A stretch of 64,000 bases of DNA from contig OY253685.1 in assembly GCA_958009085.1 (NCBI GenBank), forward strand, positions 744,001 to 808,000, in the 5' to 3' direction. This document shows, in pieces, positions 1 through 11,200 of this stretch. The position numbers and the translations under genes were made by a program. The stretch's first letter is position 1. Each line of letters begins with the position of its first letter. The DNA comes from Protoeuglena noctilucae. Its lineage: Eukaryota. The notes beneath the pieces are model-generated. The model made no database searches and was not told where the DNA came from. It saw only the letters and a program-made list of their open reading frames with translations.

Positions 1-424
1 CAGCGTTGCCCTCGGGAGTGGCCGCAGCCGCGCGCTTTGACTGCACGCGCAGGACGGGAGGCATGAGGGTGAGGGAGGAACGGAGCAGCGTTGACTAATC
101 AGGTGTCGGAAGTAGGACGCAATGGAAGAGTCTGAATCAAAAGCAGGCGTGGGAAATGCGCGGACGACTGGCATGCGGGACTGGCGCGCTGCTGACCGCG
201 ACCATTCCGGACACTGCGGCGTTGTATTCGCAGAAAAGCACGTGGTCTTCCCTCGCGTGTATCCAGGAAGCAGGTCGTCGCCATCGCAGGCGCTCACGAC
301 GCATCCACATCTGCTGGTGGACTCCTGCCGCTCCCGGCGCCCCTCGATGGAAGCTGTCGGTCGAGGCGGCAACTAAATTAGCAAAGGGGCGAAGGGCCCC
401 GCGGGTGTGAAGGGCGGGGAGGCC

Positions 425-3400
425 ATGACGGCGCTGGAGCAGACCGACATGCTGAGCAAGGTGGGCGCCTCGCGCCACCAGTGGGCCTCGGGCGTGAGGT
501 GCGCGCGCATCCTTGAGACATCCATGTGACTGCACTCTCGCAGGCACCGTCGGAATGGAAGCCCTCGGATCGGCTGCGCTTCGCCCCTTCCAAGCACTCC
601 GTGCGCTTTGCCGGTGAGCCCCGCGGGCCAGGAGGGGCATGCGGACTCTGTCATGTGGTGAAGGGACTACATAAAAGAAACAGAATGCAACGTCGACGCT
701 TCTGGCTTTCGCAGACGACGTGGCGACCTCCACGCAGTGCTACATCACTGCGCTGATGGGGTACCTGCGACTGCTCGACGAGGGCTCGCTGACGCGCAAT
801 TTGAGCAAGTCCGGGCGCAATCCTGACTGCCTCGCGTGGTCTGACAACCAGGTGCGCACATGGCGGCGTTCCACGTCCCACCCGAGGCACACCACCCCTG
901 CCGCAATCTCCTGTGCCGCAACCATCTGTGGCTCACGAGCGTTACATGCCCCTCGGCGTTCGCAGAAGTACCAGCGGTTCAGCATGCCGTGGGTCGAGGG
1001 CATCGACAACCCCATCGTGCACCGCCGGGAGCGTGCACGACCTCAGCAGCTCAAGAGCCTGACCAAGGGGACGTTCCGTAAGGCCCAGCGGGCTGCAGCG
1101 AAAGAGAAGAGCGAGCCCCGGTCTCTGAATGCCAACCACAACCTGGGGAACAGCCTGGCGGGCAGCCTGGGCGTCAGGTGACACATGCTGCAGCAGTCGA
1201 TGCGCGCGCGGGCCGTGTGCATGTGCTGGGAAGCGTTCACCTCAGCTCTCCCATCCTGTATGTCATCGCGCTACCCACGCTGCGCCCCGCAGCACGGCAG
1301 CCCTGGCGATGGAGGTGGTGTCGGAGACGTCGGGCCGCCCCCGCGACTACACACGTGACGAGGTGGCCAATCGAATTCAGCAAATCTTCGACGAGTACTC
1401 GGTCGAGGACGAGAGCAATGTGCGGGCGCCGAGGATGATGACGCTCAAGTGAGGGCGCACAGCGTATGTATCAGCGCCGCGTTGCTCCAGCTTCCGTGCA
1501 GCGTCGGTGACCCAACCTTTGCTCCGTCGGCCTCTCCAGGCGCTTCCTGAAAGCGGTCGCGGATTTGGACCTCCTGGACAACGCCTTTACGCACCTGGAC
1601 GCTTTCCTGGTCTTTGAGGAGATTCGAACCGACACCAAGAACGCCCAGGCCGGCCTTGGCTCGCGATTGGACGCCAAAGACTTCCGTATCGCCATGGTGA
1701 GGACCGTCCACTGCGCTGGTCTGCTCGGTTCATGCTGCGCCCTGCGCCCCGCAGCCGGTGATGAAAAGCAGCCCCGCGTCTGCGTTTGCGCTTGCGTCCC
1801 CGCTCGCCCCGCAGTACGGCATCGGGGACCGCAAGTACCCGCACATTCCCGAGCCCAGCGAGCGCCGCTCCAAGCTCATGGGGCAGTACCTGGCAGACTC
1901 CCGGGTGCGGTGCGTGGACAACGCGAACGACGAGCTCCTCGCGCGGCACTGCATGGAGGAGCTGGCCAAGCTCGACGGGCCCTTCAAGAAGATCTTTGCG
2001 CGCTACGCCTGCCTCGACATCTTCGACCCGCACCAGCTCGGATGGAGCCGCGTGAAGCAGGTGCGAGCTGCTTGCGCCGCTTGCGACTGCAGTCGGCTCT
2101 GCAGCGCCAGCGGCATGGCAGGACGCTTATGTGGCGGTTGGGTGAGGAGCGCATCGTGTTGTCCCACGAAGTCGCAAGCTTCCCCGCCTCTGCAGGCCCA
2201 GCGCACGCTCCCGGACGAGTCGCTGGTGCTGATGCTGACGAATTTCGACGTGGTGCCTCACTTGGTGACGCGCACCGAGGTCGAGGCTTGCGTGAAGCAG
2301 GTCCGACGGCAGGCACGCAAGCAGGGCATCCGCTTCTGCCTCACCCTCCCTGCCGTCCTCGACGTACTGGCCCAGGCGAGCAAAGCTTGGCTGTCAAAGC
2401 ATAGCGATGCTTTAACTCGTTCGCGCCCCCTGGTAACCTTACCCTCGACACCTGCGGGCGATCATGAAGCGTCGCATTCCCAAACCACACCTTGTGGCGC
2501 CTGGCCCACCGCCCCCGGCCACCGCCCCCACAGATCGCGGTGCTGGTGGAGAGTACGGCGGTGCAGCGACTGCTGGCGCCCGGGTGCACTACCAACGAGA
2601 CGCGTGCTCTCCGCATCCTCATCTCATTGGTGCCACTGGAGTTTCAGGAAGACTGCCGCAAGGCATTGGCGCAGCGGGGCAGGCTGTTCGAGCTCGATGT
2701 GGCCAGGGAGGGCATGTTCGCGCTGCCGCCCAAGCAAACGGAGGAGTTCTACTCCTCGAGGACGCTCAACCTGGACGTGAGGACAGCCCAGGGCTGATCA
2801 GCATGCAGCACCGCATCGTATGTGCAGTGGGGGCGGTGTGGCCAGTCGCGCTGACCTGCGGCTGTGTTTCTGGCGCAGAGGGCCGCGGAGGAGCAGGAGG
2901 CGCAGGAGAAGGAGTCTCGGGCGCTGTTCCACGTGCACATGAGGGCCATGGACATCGCGCGTCTCGAGGACAGGCGGGCCGAGCGGCAGATGCTCGAGTC
3001 GACATCGCGGCAGCCCGTGCGGGGCGCGGGGGTCACGTTCGGGGCGCCGCCGGGTGAGGAGGCTGTCGGGCTGCGCAGCGATCCAGCTGTGTATGTACTG
3101 ACCAGGGGCGTGCATGTCTGTGCGTGATGACGCAGAACAAGGGGGTGCTGTCGTGCGTGCAGGGTCCTTCGCGAGCCGTAGCTCGCTGGTGGATGTGGAG
3201 TCGAGCGCCCACTTCACGATGAGCAGCCTGCTGGCGCTGGACGGGGCCATGGCGGGGGGGCGAGGGGCGGGCGAGGCGTCGTGGCGGTCGCAGCACGTTC
3301 CGTCCAAGGAGGAGGCGGACAAGGAGGCGCTGGAGGCGATGCGGGAGATCCGCCAGTTCGAGCGGGCGCACATGAAACGCATGGAGAACGCCAGGAGGTG

Positions 3401-3700
3401 CGAGAAGTGCGCGTGTTCATGGAGAGATATGCGCGGTAGCTGCGACGGTGTGGCTAACTGGACCTGCACGCGCTGCCTGTGGCATGCAGGGTGCGCAAGA
3501 TATCGACCGACGCCGAGCGGGCGCGCTCGGGCGTGCTGACGCCGGACCTGACGCAGCTGGACCTGGGGCCCCAGCGCAGCTTCGGGCAGCGACACAAGTC
3601 CGAGTGGGAGAGCGCGGCGTCGCGGACGAGCCGGCGCAGCCCCAGCAAGGACGAGCTGTTCACGAGCCGTCTGGGCTCACAGGTCTCGGCCCGCGGCTAG
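425..3700 (+). CDS. Multi-exon protein with p25alpha/TPPP-like (EF-hand-like) helical motifs, possibly flagellar or microtubule-associated
   Basis: About 13 exons with GT-AG boundaries. The spliced peptide includes IQQIFDEYS...MTLK|RFLKAVADLDLLDNAFTHLDAFLVFEEIR...LDAKDFRIAM|YGIGDRKYP, which resembles the p25alpha pattern, and a second similar unit (FKKIFARYA...MLTNFDVVPHLVTRTEV). Stop TAG at 3698-3700. The start may lie upstream (ATG 122). Confidence 0.5.
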
Positions 3701-3994
3701 GAGGTGTCGGCCCGTGGCTTGGCCCTCGTCTCGTGCCAACCGCTTCTGCGCTGCGGTGAACGACTTTGATACGGCGGTGATAGGGGTGGGTGAATTGCAG
3801 CGTTAAACTCTGAGAGGCTTAAACCTAGCGAGGACTTGCAGGGCAACGTCAACGAAGCCAGTCTTTCGCTTCCCTCGTCAGTGAATGGGCGCGGAGAGCA
3901 CGTGCATGTTTGTAGCGGCGGATGCACCGCTGATTCTACGCGAAATCGTTTGCTTCTAGCCCCCACACTCAAGGCATCCGCCTGTTCGTGGGAA

Positions 3995-5702
3995 ATGGAC
4001 GCCGTCCAGCCCATCCTCCGTCGAGGGATGGACGCGCTCCGCCCCCTGGCGCAGGTCCTGTTCACGGGTCCGAGAACGTGGCCGATCTTCCGCGACGTGG
4101 TTTTGGTGCGGCCGCGGCCTGGCCAGGGCAGCGCGCCAACGAATGTTTGGGGCTCCCCCGCCGCGCGCCCGCGCTCCGATGAAGCGGCAGGACAAAATCG
4201 TGCATACATTAGCTACCGATGAAGCCATCTCATTCGTACTTTCAGGCGATGGGGTCCGCCGCGCGCACCTTGGACTGGCGCAAGCTGCGGGCGCTCTCCA
4301 CGGGGTCTGGGGCCGGCGCCAACGTCGCCTTCGCGGTCCTCTGCATGGTCGTCTGTCTCGTGACCGGGGAGGTCTCGGGTGAGCGTCCGGCAGCCCCGGG
4401 AGGCCACGCGAGCGTCCGGCGCCAGGACGCATGCAAGCCAAGCAGTTGGACCCGCCGGGACGCCCGCTGATGCTGCGCTGCCGCCCTGTCCCTCCCCGGC
4501 GTGTGTAGCTTTCAAACGCATCTATCGTTGCTTCCATCCTCAGGCAACTTCTCGCAAGTGGACAAGCTGTGGACGATTTACCCCGTCGTCGCCTCGCTCC
4601 TCTACGCTTTCTTCACCCCCAACCCCCGCGTGCTGGCCATGACCGCCGCGATCGTCATCTGGGGTCTGCGTCTCTCCTACAACTTCCACCGGTGCGTGGA
4701 GATGGAGGTGGAATCTCTGGGGCCGGCCTCGTTGCGGTGTGGTGATGCACGCTGCTGCTGGTTGGACCACGTTTGAATGCGTCGCCTCCCGCAGCAAGGG
4801 CGGCTTCGACGGCCTCTTCCGCGGGCGCCCCTGGGAGGGTGAGGAGGACTACCGCTGGCCGGCGCTGCGCAAGTGGCCCGTCCTCAACACGCGCATCGGG
4901 TGGCTGGCCTTCGACATCGGCTTCATCTGCATCACCCAGGTGCGTTGCCACGGTACTGTATGCCCATCGCCTTTGCTTTTCTGCGGGCGCCCTTGTTTTG
5001 CCTTGGTTGTGAACGGCCCCGTGGGCTCCTCGCCCCCCCGCAGATCACGCTCCTGGCCGGGCTGGCGTTCCCGGTGGCGGCTGCGGGCATCAGCTACTCG
5101 CCGCTCACCTTCAACGACGCGCTCGTCGGCCTCCTGTGGCTCTCCTTCTTCATCGGGGAGATGGTCGCGGACAACGAGCAGTGGGACTTCCAGACCGAAA
5201 AGCACCGGAAGATCAAGAACGGCGACAAGCTCACAGGGGACTACGCGCGCGGGTTCAAGACGACGGGCCTGTTCGCGGTCTCCCGCCACCCCAACTTCTT
5301 CTGCGAGCAGGCCATGTGGGTCTGCATGGCCATCTGGGGCTTCGTGGGGACTGGGCGCCTCGAGGCGTGGTATGCCCTCCCGTGCCTGGGGCTCATGGCT
5401 TTGTTCCAGGGGTCCACGTGGTTCACCGAGACCTTATCCGCGAAGAAGTACAAGGATTACCGGTGAGGATACGATGTGGTGTGGCGTCTGCAAATGTGCT
5501 TTCATTACAAAGCGTCACAAGCGCACAGTGACTTGGGTGCGACGTGGGTGACGGCATTTGCCAGTCTGTCGGGTATAACCGCTTCCCTTTTGCGTTTCGT
5601 CGTCGCAGGGAGTACCAGCGCCGCGTGCCGATGCTGGCGCCCAACCCACTTAAGCTGGCGGCGTACCTGATCGGGGTCAAGGTGCAGGCCATGGGCAACT
5701 GA
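3995..5702 (+). CDS. DUF1295 / steroid 5-alpha-reductase-like membrane protein
   Basis: Spliced motifs NFSQVDKLWTIYP, IWGLRLSYNFHR, GEEDYRW, EMVADNEQWDFQ, GFKTTGLFAVSRHPNFFCEQAMW, LFQGSTWFTETLSAKKYKDYREYQRRVPML. ATG 3995, TGA 5700-5702. Confidence 0.85.
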
Positions 5703-5953
5703 AGGCTTTGACGAGATTTGGGAAGAGGGGTGGGCTAGCGTATGGAGACGACAGGGCTTGAAAGGGCCAAGTGGGCAGGTGCAGCGCCGAGCTGTGTTTG
5801 CGCGCCGACGGCTATGCCTAGTACACTCGTCTGTTCATCGGCGGCCAGCCTGGCCCATGTGCCCTCACAAGGTAGCGGCAGTCAGGGTTCGTATGGTTTG
5901 CATATCTCAAGGCGTAGCGCAACTCGTCTCTGGCACAGCTCCATTCTGGCGCT

Positions 5954-8006
5954 TCACGCCACAGCTTGAACGGCGGCGGCGTTCCTGATGACCACGATCG
6001 GCGTTCGCTGGTCGCCGTTCCCCGCTGGGTTGGGCGCCAGTGCTCGCGCCACGGCCTCGGCATTGACCCCGGCAGAACGACCCAGGATGTCCACCTTGCC
6101 CAGGTCATTCGCATCCACCACCACCGCCTCGATCCCTGCAAGCGACGGCAGCCGCACGAACGCTCGGCGTTCATCCTGCCACGTAACCTCACGAAACACT
6201 CATCACCGTCACCCCCACACCGCCCCACCTGTTCGTTGCCGGATGGCCCGGCACAGCTCGTCACATCGTTCCGGACCCATGACGATGTACTGGTCGAACG
6301 GCGGGACGGTTCCTGCGGAGCAGAGAGCATTCTTGCCCGTCAGTCGCGCCCACCGCGCAATGTCACCTCGCCAGCGCCCCACTGCCCACGCATTGTCTTC
6401 TAGCAGCCCCACTCTCAGTCACCCGACACATCGTCGATGGTCTTGGCCTGCACCCCTGCGACGCGGTAGAACCCCCCCCGGATGCCCAGCAACCGGCAGA
6501 CGATGCCCCAGGCGATCGCCAGAAACACACGCACCGTCCCCACGCAGTCGATGAGGACTTGCAGCCCCGGGGCCGTGGCGACGCTGGACGTGGTGAAGAA
6601 GAGCCAGCAGGCCGAGCGGGCCAGCCACCCGAGCCGCACGTTGGCGGGGTGTCGGAAACGGCCCTGCATGACCGCCACCGCCGACTCTGCCAGGGCCACC
6701 ACGTCGCCAGGGCGCGCCAGTCGCGACGCGTACGTCTCTACGACCGTCACGGGGTCGTCCAGGTGGCTCAGCAGGTGCGTGCGGACCGGCAGCACGTCAC
6801 GCTCCGCGTCTGGCAGTGGCACGCTCTCGTCCACGGCAGTAGCAGGGAAGTGCGTGGGAAGCACGATTTGCTGTGACCGGGTGCTCAAGCCCCGCCGGCC
6901 GTAGGTCCCGTACTGGACGTCGACCACCAGGGCCTCCACATCCGCGAGTGCTTGAGGTTCGTCAGAAGTCACCCGCACTGCGACACATATGAGTGGAGCG
7001 TGCTGGTGCCAACACGACAGACACACGTGCTCATGCAATTGGATGATCTCCATGCATGCATCCAGTCTCTGCGCCGTCATCATTGCAACTGCAACCATGG
7101 TTGGCGTTGCGCGGCTGCGTGCGAGCTCACCCACCACGTCGGCGCTGGTCCTGCTCCCCGGCGTGAGGATGAAGGCACTCCAGTAGCCATCTGCGATGGG
7201 GCACTGCAGAGTGGTTCGCTGGGGTGCATTCGTGCGCAAATGCACGGGAGATCTTTGCTCGCAACACAGTTGGTGCAAAGTGAGGCCACCCTTGCCCGCT
7301 CGGACTTCCCACGCGCGCGCCGCAGTCACCCTTGCGCTGAACGCTGTCTCTCGGAGGCTCCAGGCTGTCAGACAGATCGTGACGAGGGAGGATTTCCGCC
7401 TCCACGCGGACGGCAGACACGGAGCCCTGCGAGAGTGCCCGCGCCGACACTCTCGCCGTCGGTATGAAGAGCTCCTCCTTCTTCGATAGATTCTGGAAGG
7501 TACAAGAAATCGCATGCGATTCAAGGATTCGGCATTCCTGAGCCCCCGGCGCGCCGGAGGCTTTCAAAAGACGCCAACGACAACGCGAAGGTTCTTGAAA
7601 CCCAGCCCCGCTTTGGATCTCTAATGCCGCTGAGACGACCGAGCCTGTCGACTTTTCGTACCTGGAAAAGCAATCGCCCGTCGAACCGCCAGCTGCGCTC
7701 CCCACGCTCCGACCACGACCAGGTGCCCCTCGTGCACACGATCCCGTCCCACGCGCGGAACCCGGCGGCCCTCGTGCAATTCACAAGACGACTGAGCTCC
7801 TGCGCTCCCCAAAGGCACCCATGCCCGCGGAATGTTCGCTCGTACACATCTGCATGGCACGCCTTGCAGCCACGCGGCTCCCGTCGCCGACCGAGACCCC
7901 GGAGTGCAGAAAGGTGGCGTATGGGGCGCAAGACGAATTCTGCTTCGCATCGCGGCGACGGCCCGGCCACGGATGCGCCTCTCGGGCAAGGGAACGCGGC
8001 CATCAT
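5954..8006 (-). CDS. Coenzyme F420-0:gamma-glutamyl ligase (CofE)-like protein, cyanobacterial type, with putative plastid transit peptide
   Basis: Six exons give NLSKKEELFIP...DGYWSAFIL...VDVQYGTYGRRG...PVRTHLLSHLDDPV...PGDVVALAESAVAVMQGRFRHP...FYRVAGVQAKTIDDVSG|TVPPFDQYIVMGP...VVDANDLGKVDIL...NPAGNGDQRTPIVVIR. The N-terminus is Arg/Ala/Ser-rich. First intron 7661-7493. Confidence 0.8.
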
Positions 8007-8233
8007 GAGCGCTTAGGCGGACAGCAGGCGAATGAGCATCGAGCACTGCTGTACGCGCCTCTTCACGCTCGCTGGGCTCATGCAGATCATCGGCTGTGTC
8101 AGGAGACGGCTTTGTCCTGACGTATTTCTTGCAGGGTTCGCTACATCCCTTGAATTATGACTACTATCGAAGTGTGATGCGCAAAAAGGATTTATCCGAA
8201 CAAAGTCTACGCAACCATCTTGCGATCTATCAA

Positions 8234-11200
8234 TCAGTGCATCGGGCTTCCGTGCGCAGAGGCGCTGCGCTCGAACCCAGGCCCGAGCGGCTGGTGCACG
8301 CTCGCGCTGTGCTGGCTCTGCACACTCAAGTCCTGCGCCGGTGCGTGAACCGGGTTCGAGACAGGTTGGGACGGGCGGGGGTAAGGGTAGTACGGCGCGG
8401 CGAGGCGGGTGGGCGGGATGCCGCCCGCACCGCCCATGCCCTGCATCCCCGGTGGGGGATACCCGCCCATGGCCTGGCCGTACGCGGCAGGTCGAGGGGC
8501 ATACCCACCCTGCGCGCCGTGGTGATATAAGGACGAGGCGCCCAGCGGGCTGGAACCGGGGATGCCCTGCCCCGCGTACCGCCCTTGGGCAAGCGTCGGT
8601 GCCCCCTGCATTTGGAAGCTCGGGCGAGAAGGGCGCCGTGGGCCGTGAATAACCACGGACCCTGGGGCACCCGCGAGGGCCATGGGCTGGTAGGCGCGTG
8701 CCCTGCAAGCATTGAGAGCGCATGGGGTGCGTGTTGAATGGCCACATCGCTGTTCGACCGTCCCACGCAAGGCACGCTGTGCTGGCCACAACTGAATAGG
8801 GTGCGTGAAAGTGCGTCACTCGCCCGATAGGACGAGGCGGCCCGCCCATTCCCGCCGGGACCATTCCAGCGGCGGTGGGGAAGGCGCTGACGGGGCCGGC
8901 ATAGGTGCCCAGCAACGACGGCGGCTGTGCTGCACCTGAGGAGGCAACAGAAGAGTTGCACTAACACTATCGACCTTACATGCTCACAAATGGTATTGCG
9001 CGCATGCACTACATTGATGAATCATCAATAAAAAAAATCACACATGTCGGTCATGTAATCCTGTACTCCTGGCCCCACCCTGTCCGCTCACCTGGGCCCT
9101 GCACGCCCTGCGCCGCGATGCCCAGCCCACCTCCCTGCCCCATCGGCAGGTTAGCCTGCGCGTGTGCATGCCCCGCGTGCGCCTGGCCCGTCGCTGCGTG
9201 CCGCCCCTCCTCTCGCACTCCCGGCACCGCTCTCTGCGCGGGCCCAGGGCTAATGCCCCGCATCCACGGCGAAGGGTCTTCAGGAGCCCCGCGGACCGAC
9301 CCCGGGCTGCCCAACCCCAGAAAGGCAGAGTCATTCCAAACATCACCCAGACCGTCAAAGAGGCTCCCCAGGCCAGAGAAGGCCGAAGTCTCCGGACCCT
9401 CCCCGTCCAGGAGCGCCGACAGGCGACGGGCCGTGGGCTGGATTGGGCCACCAGCGTTAGACACCAGCCGAGAGCCCACCGCCCCACGTGCAGAGTTCGG
9501 GTGACTGCCAGGGATCGCAGGTGACGAGGAGCCCAGGGCCAGGCGTAAGAGGTGCGGGGACTGTCGCTCCATCCGAGGCGCGTCCTGGTTGGCCCCTGCC
9601 CCCGCTGCAGACACAGACACCCCCGCTGGGCCCGCCGCCACAGTGACGCCCCCCGCGGCAGCCCCAACACCCCCCGCCGCACCGGCAGCCCCGCCTGCGC
9701 CCGCTGCGACCTCCGCTTGCGACGCGCGGACGGCCATGGCGGCGACGGCGGGGGTCGACGCGCGGCTGCCCTCTGAAGAGTGACTGGCGGCCTGGCGGCG
9801 TGCGGGGGGTGCGCGACGCACCGACCGCTGCTGCGCTCCTGTCGAGGGACCTACCATGGCCCCTCCCGACGGCCGAGGGCGGCGATGCCCTGCAGGGTCG
9901 CCAGCGGGCGTGGGTGGGCTCGAGGTGCGGTGCACCTGAGGCGACCGGGAGCCCGGCCCCGCGACATGCGACCCAGGCAGCTGCAGCTGCAGCGACGGGG
10001 GCTGGTGCCCCGCCGTCGGCTGCGATGCCAGGCCGGGAGCCGGGAAGGAGGCTCCCGCGCCCACGCCACCCATGGGCACACCCGGGGTGTAGGGCAAACC
10101 CCCGGCACCTCCCGCCATCGCCATGTAACCCATCGCATGCCCCAGTCCCAGCCCCGTGCTGGTCCCGGCCGCCCCTGCTGCGTATGCGTTGCGAGGGTCA
10201 ATGGCTGGCAGGGATCCCGGCATCCCTGGCCCCATCTGCCACCCGTACCCCGGCCAAGCGACGTTCGTCGGATAGGCAGACGCAGCTGCGAGGCCGCTCT
10301 GACCCTGGGATGCGTGGGGTTGCGATGCGTGGGGTTGCGATGCGTGAAGTTGCAAGGCGTGTGCTTGGCTCAAAGACGCGGCTGGGGCAGCGGGGCGGGG
10401 CATCGAGGCAGCGGGAGCTGCCACCGCGGCAGGCGGCGCACTCCAGGCCGCGATGTTGAGACTGGGCTTCCCCGCTGCCACCGTCTGGCCTGCTGCCACT
10501 TGTTGCGCCACACCCTGCACTGCCGCCCCCCCAAGCTGCCCTGCGATCTGCGGTGCGGCCACCTCTCGCTGCGAGCCCCCAGGGCCCGGCAGCCCCACCA
10601 CCGCCGCCCCCGGCTGCCCTCTCGGCGCCACGCCCGCGCCCCGCGTGCCAGGCAGGCGGTACGCGCTATGCATCGACACATTCTGAGAGCTCGCCCCCGT
10701 CTCCGAGGGAGTGGACGACATGCGGGGTCGCGTGGGCGCCCTTCCGTACGCCATCGATGCTAGCTCCTGCATGCCCGTCGGCATCAGCGACCCAAGCATC
10801 GTCCACACCCCCGCGCCCGCGCTCACCAACACACCCCCCGCCGACCTGCCCGCAGACCCGCCCTTGCCCCTCCCGCCCCCTTCCGCGTCCTTCGCCCCGT
10901 GCTTCTTCCTCTTGGTGCGTTTCTTGGCGATCTCGTCGAATATGGCGGCACCCTCGGGCGTCTCCCGCAGCCGCATGGGGTCCGCCGCCAGAGCGCGCAA
11001 GTAGAGCGACATCTGCTCGTTCCCGTGCCGCGCGGCGTAGTCCGCGTAGGAATGGAGCTCCGTGCTCACGCGGTTGGCGTCCTTGATCCCCTTGTAATGA
11101 CCCGACACCGTGTCGCCATCACGCTTGCGCTTTCCCGACGCGCCCCTCCCGCTGCCCTGCCCGCCCCCGATCGAAACCGATGCGCCGAAACCAGTCGCTG

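Noticed and set aside
122..427. In-frame TAA (374-376) between ORF 122-376 and the ATG-425 frame, suggesting TAR-to-Gln reassignment
   Set aside because: Other genes end credibly in TAA or TAG (WBP11, ATM1, FHA) and I saw no in-frame TAR in conserved exons. The TAA is more likely in an intron or UTR.
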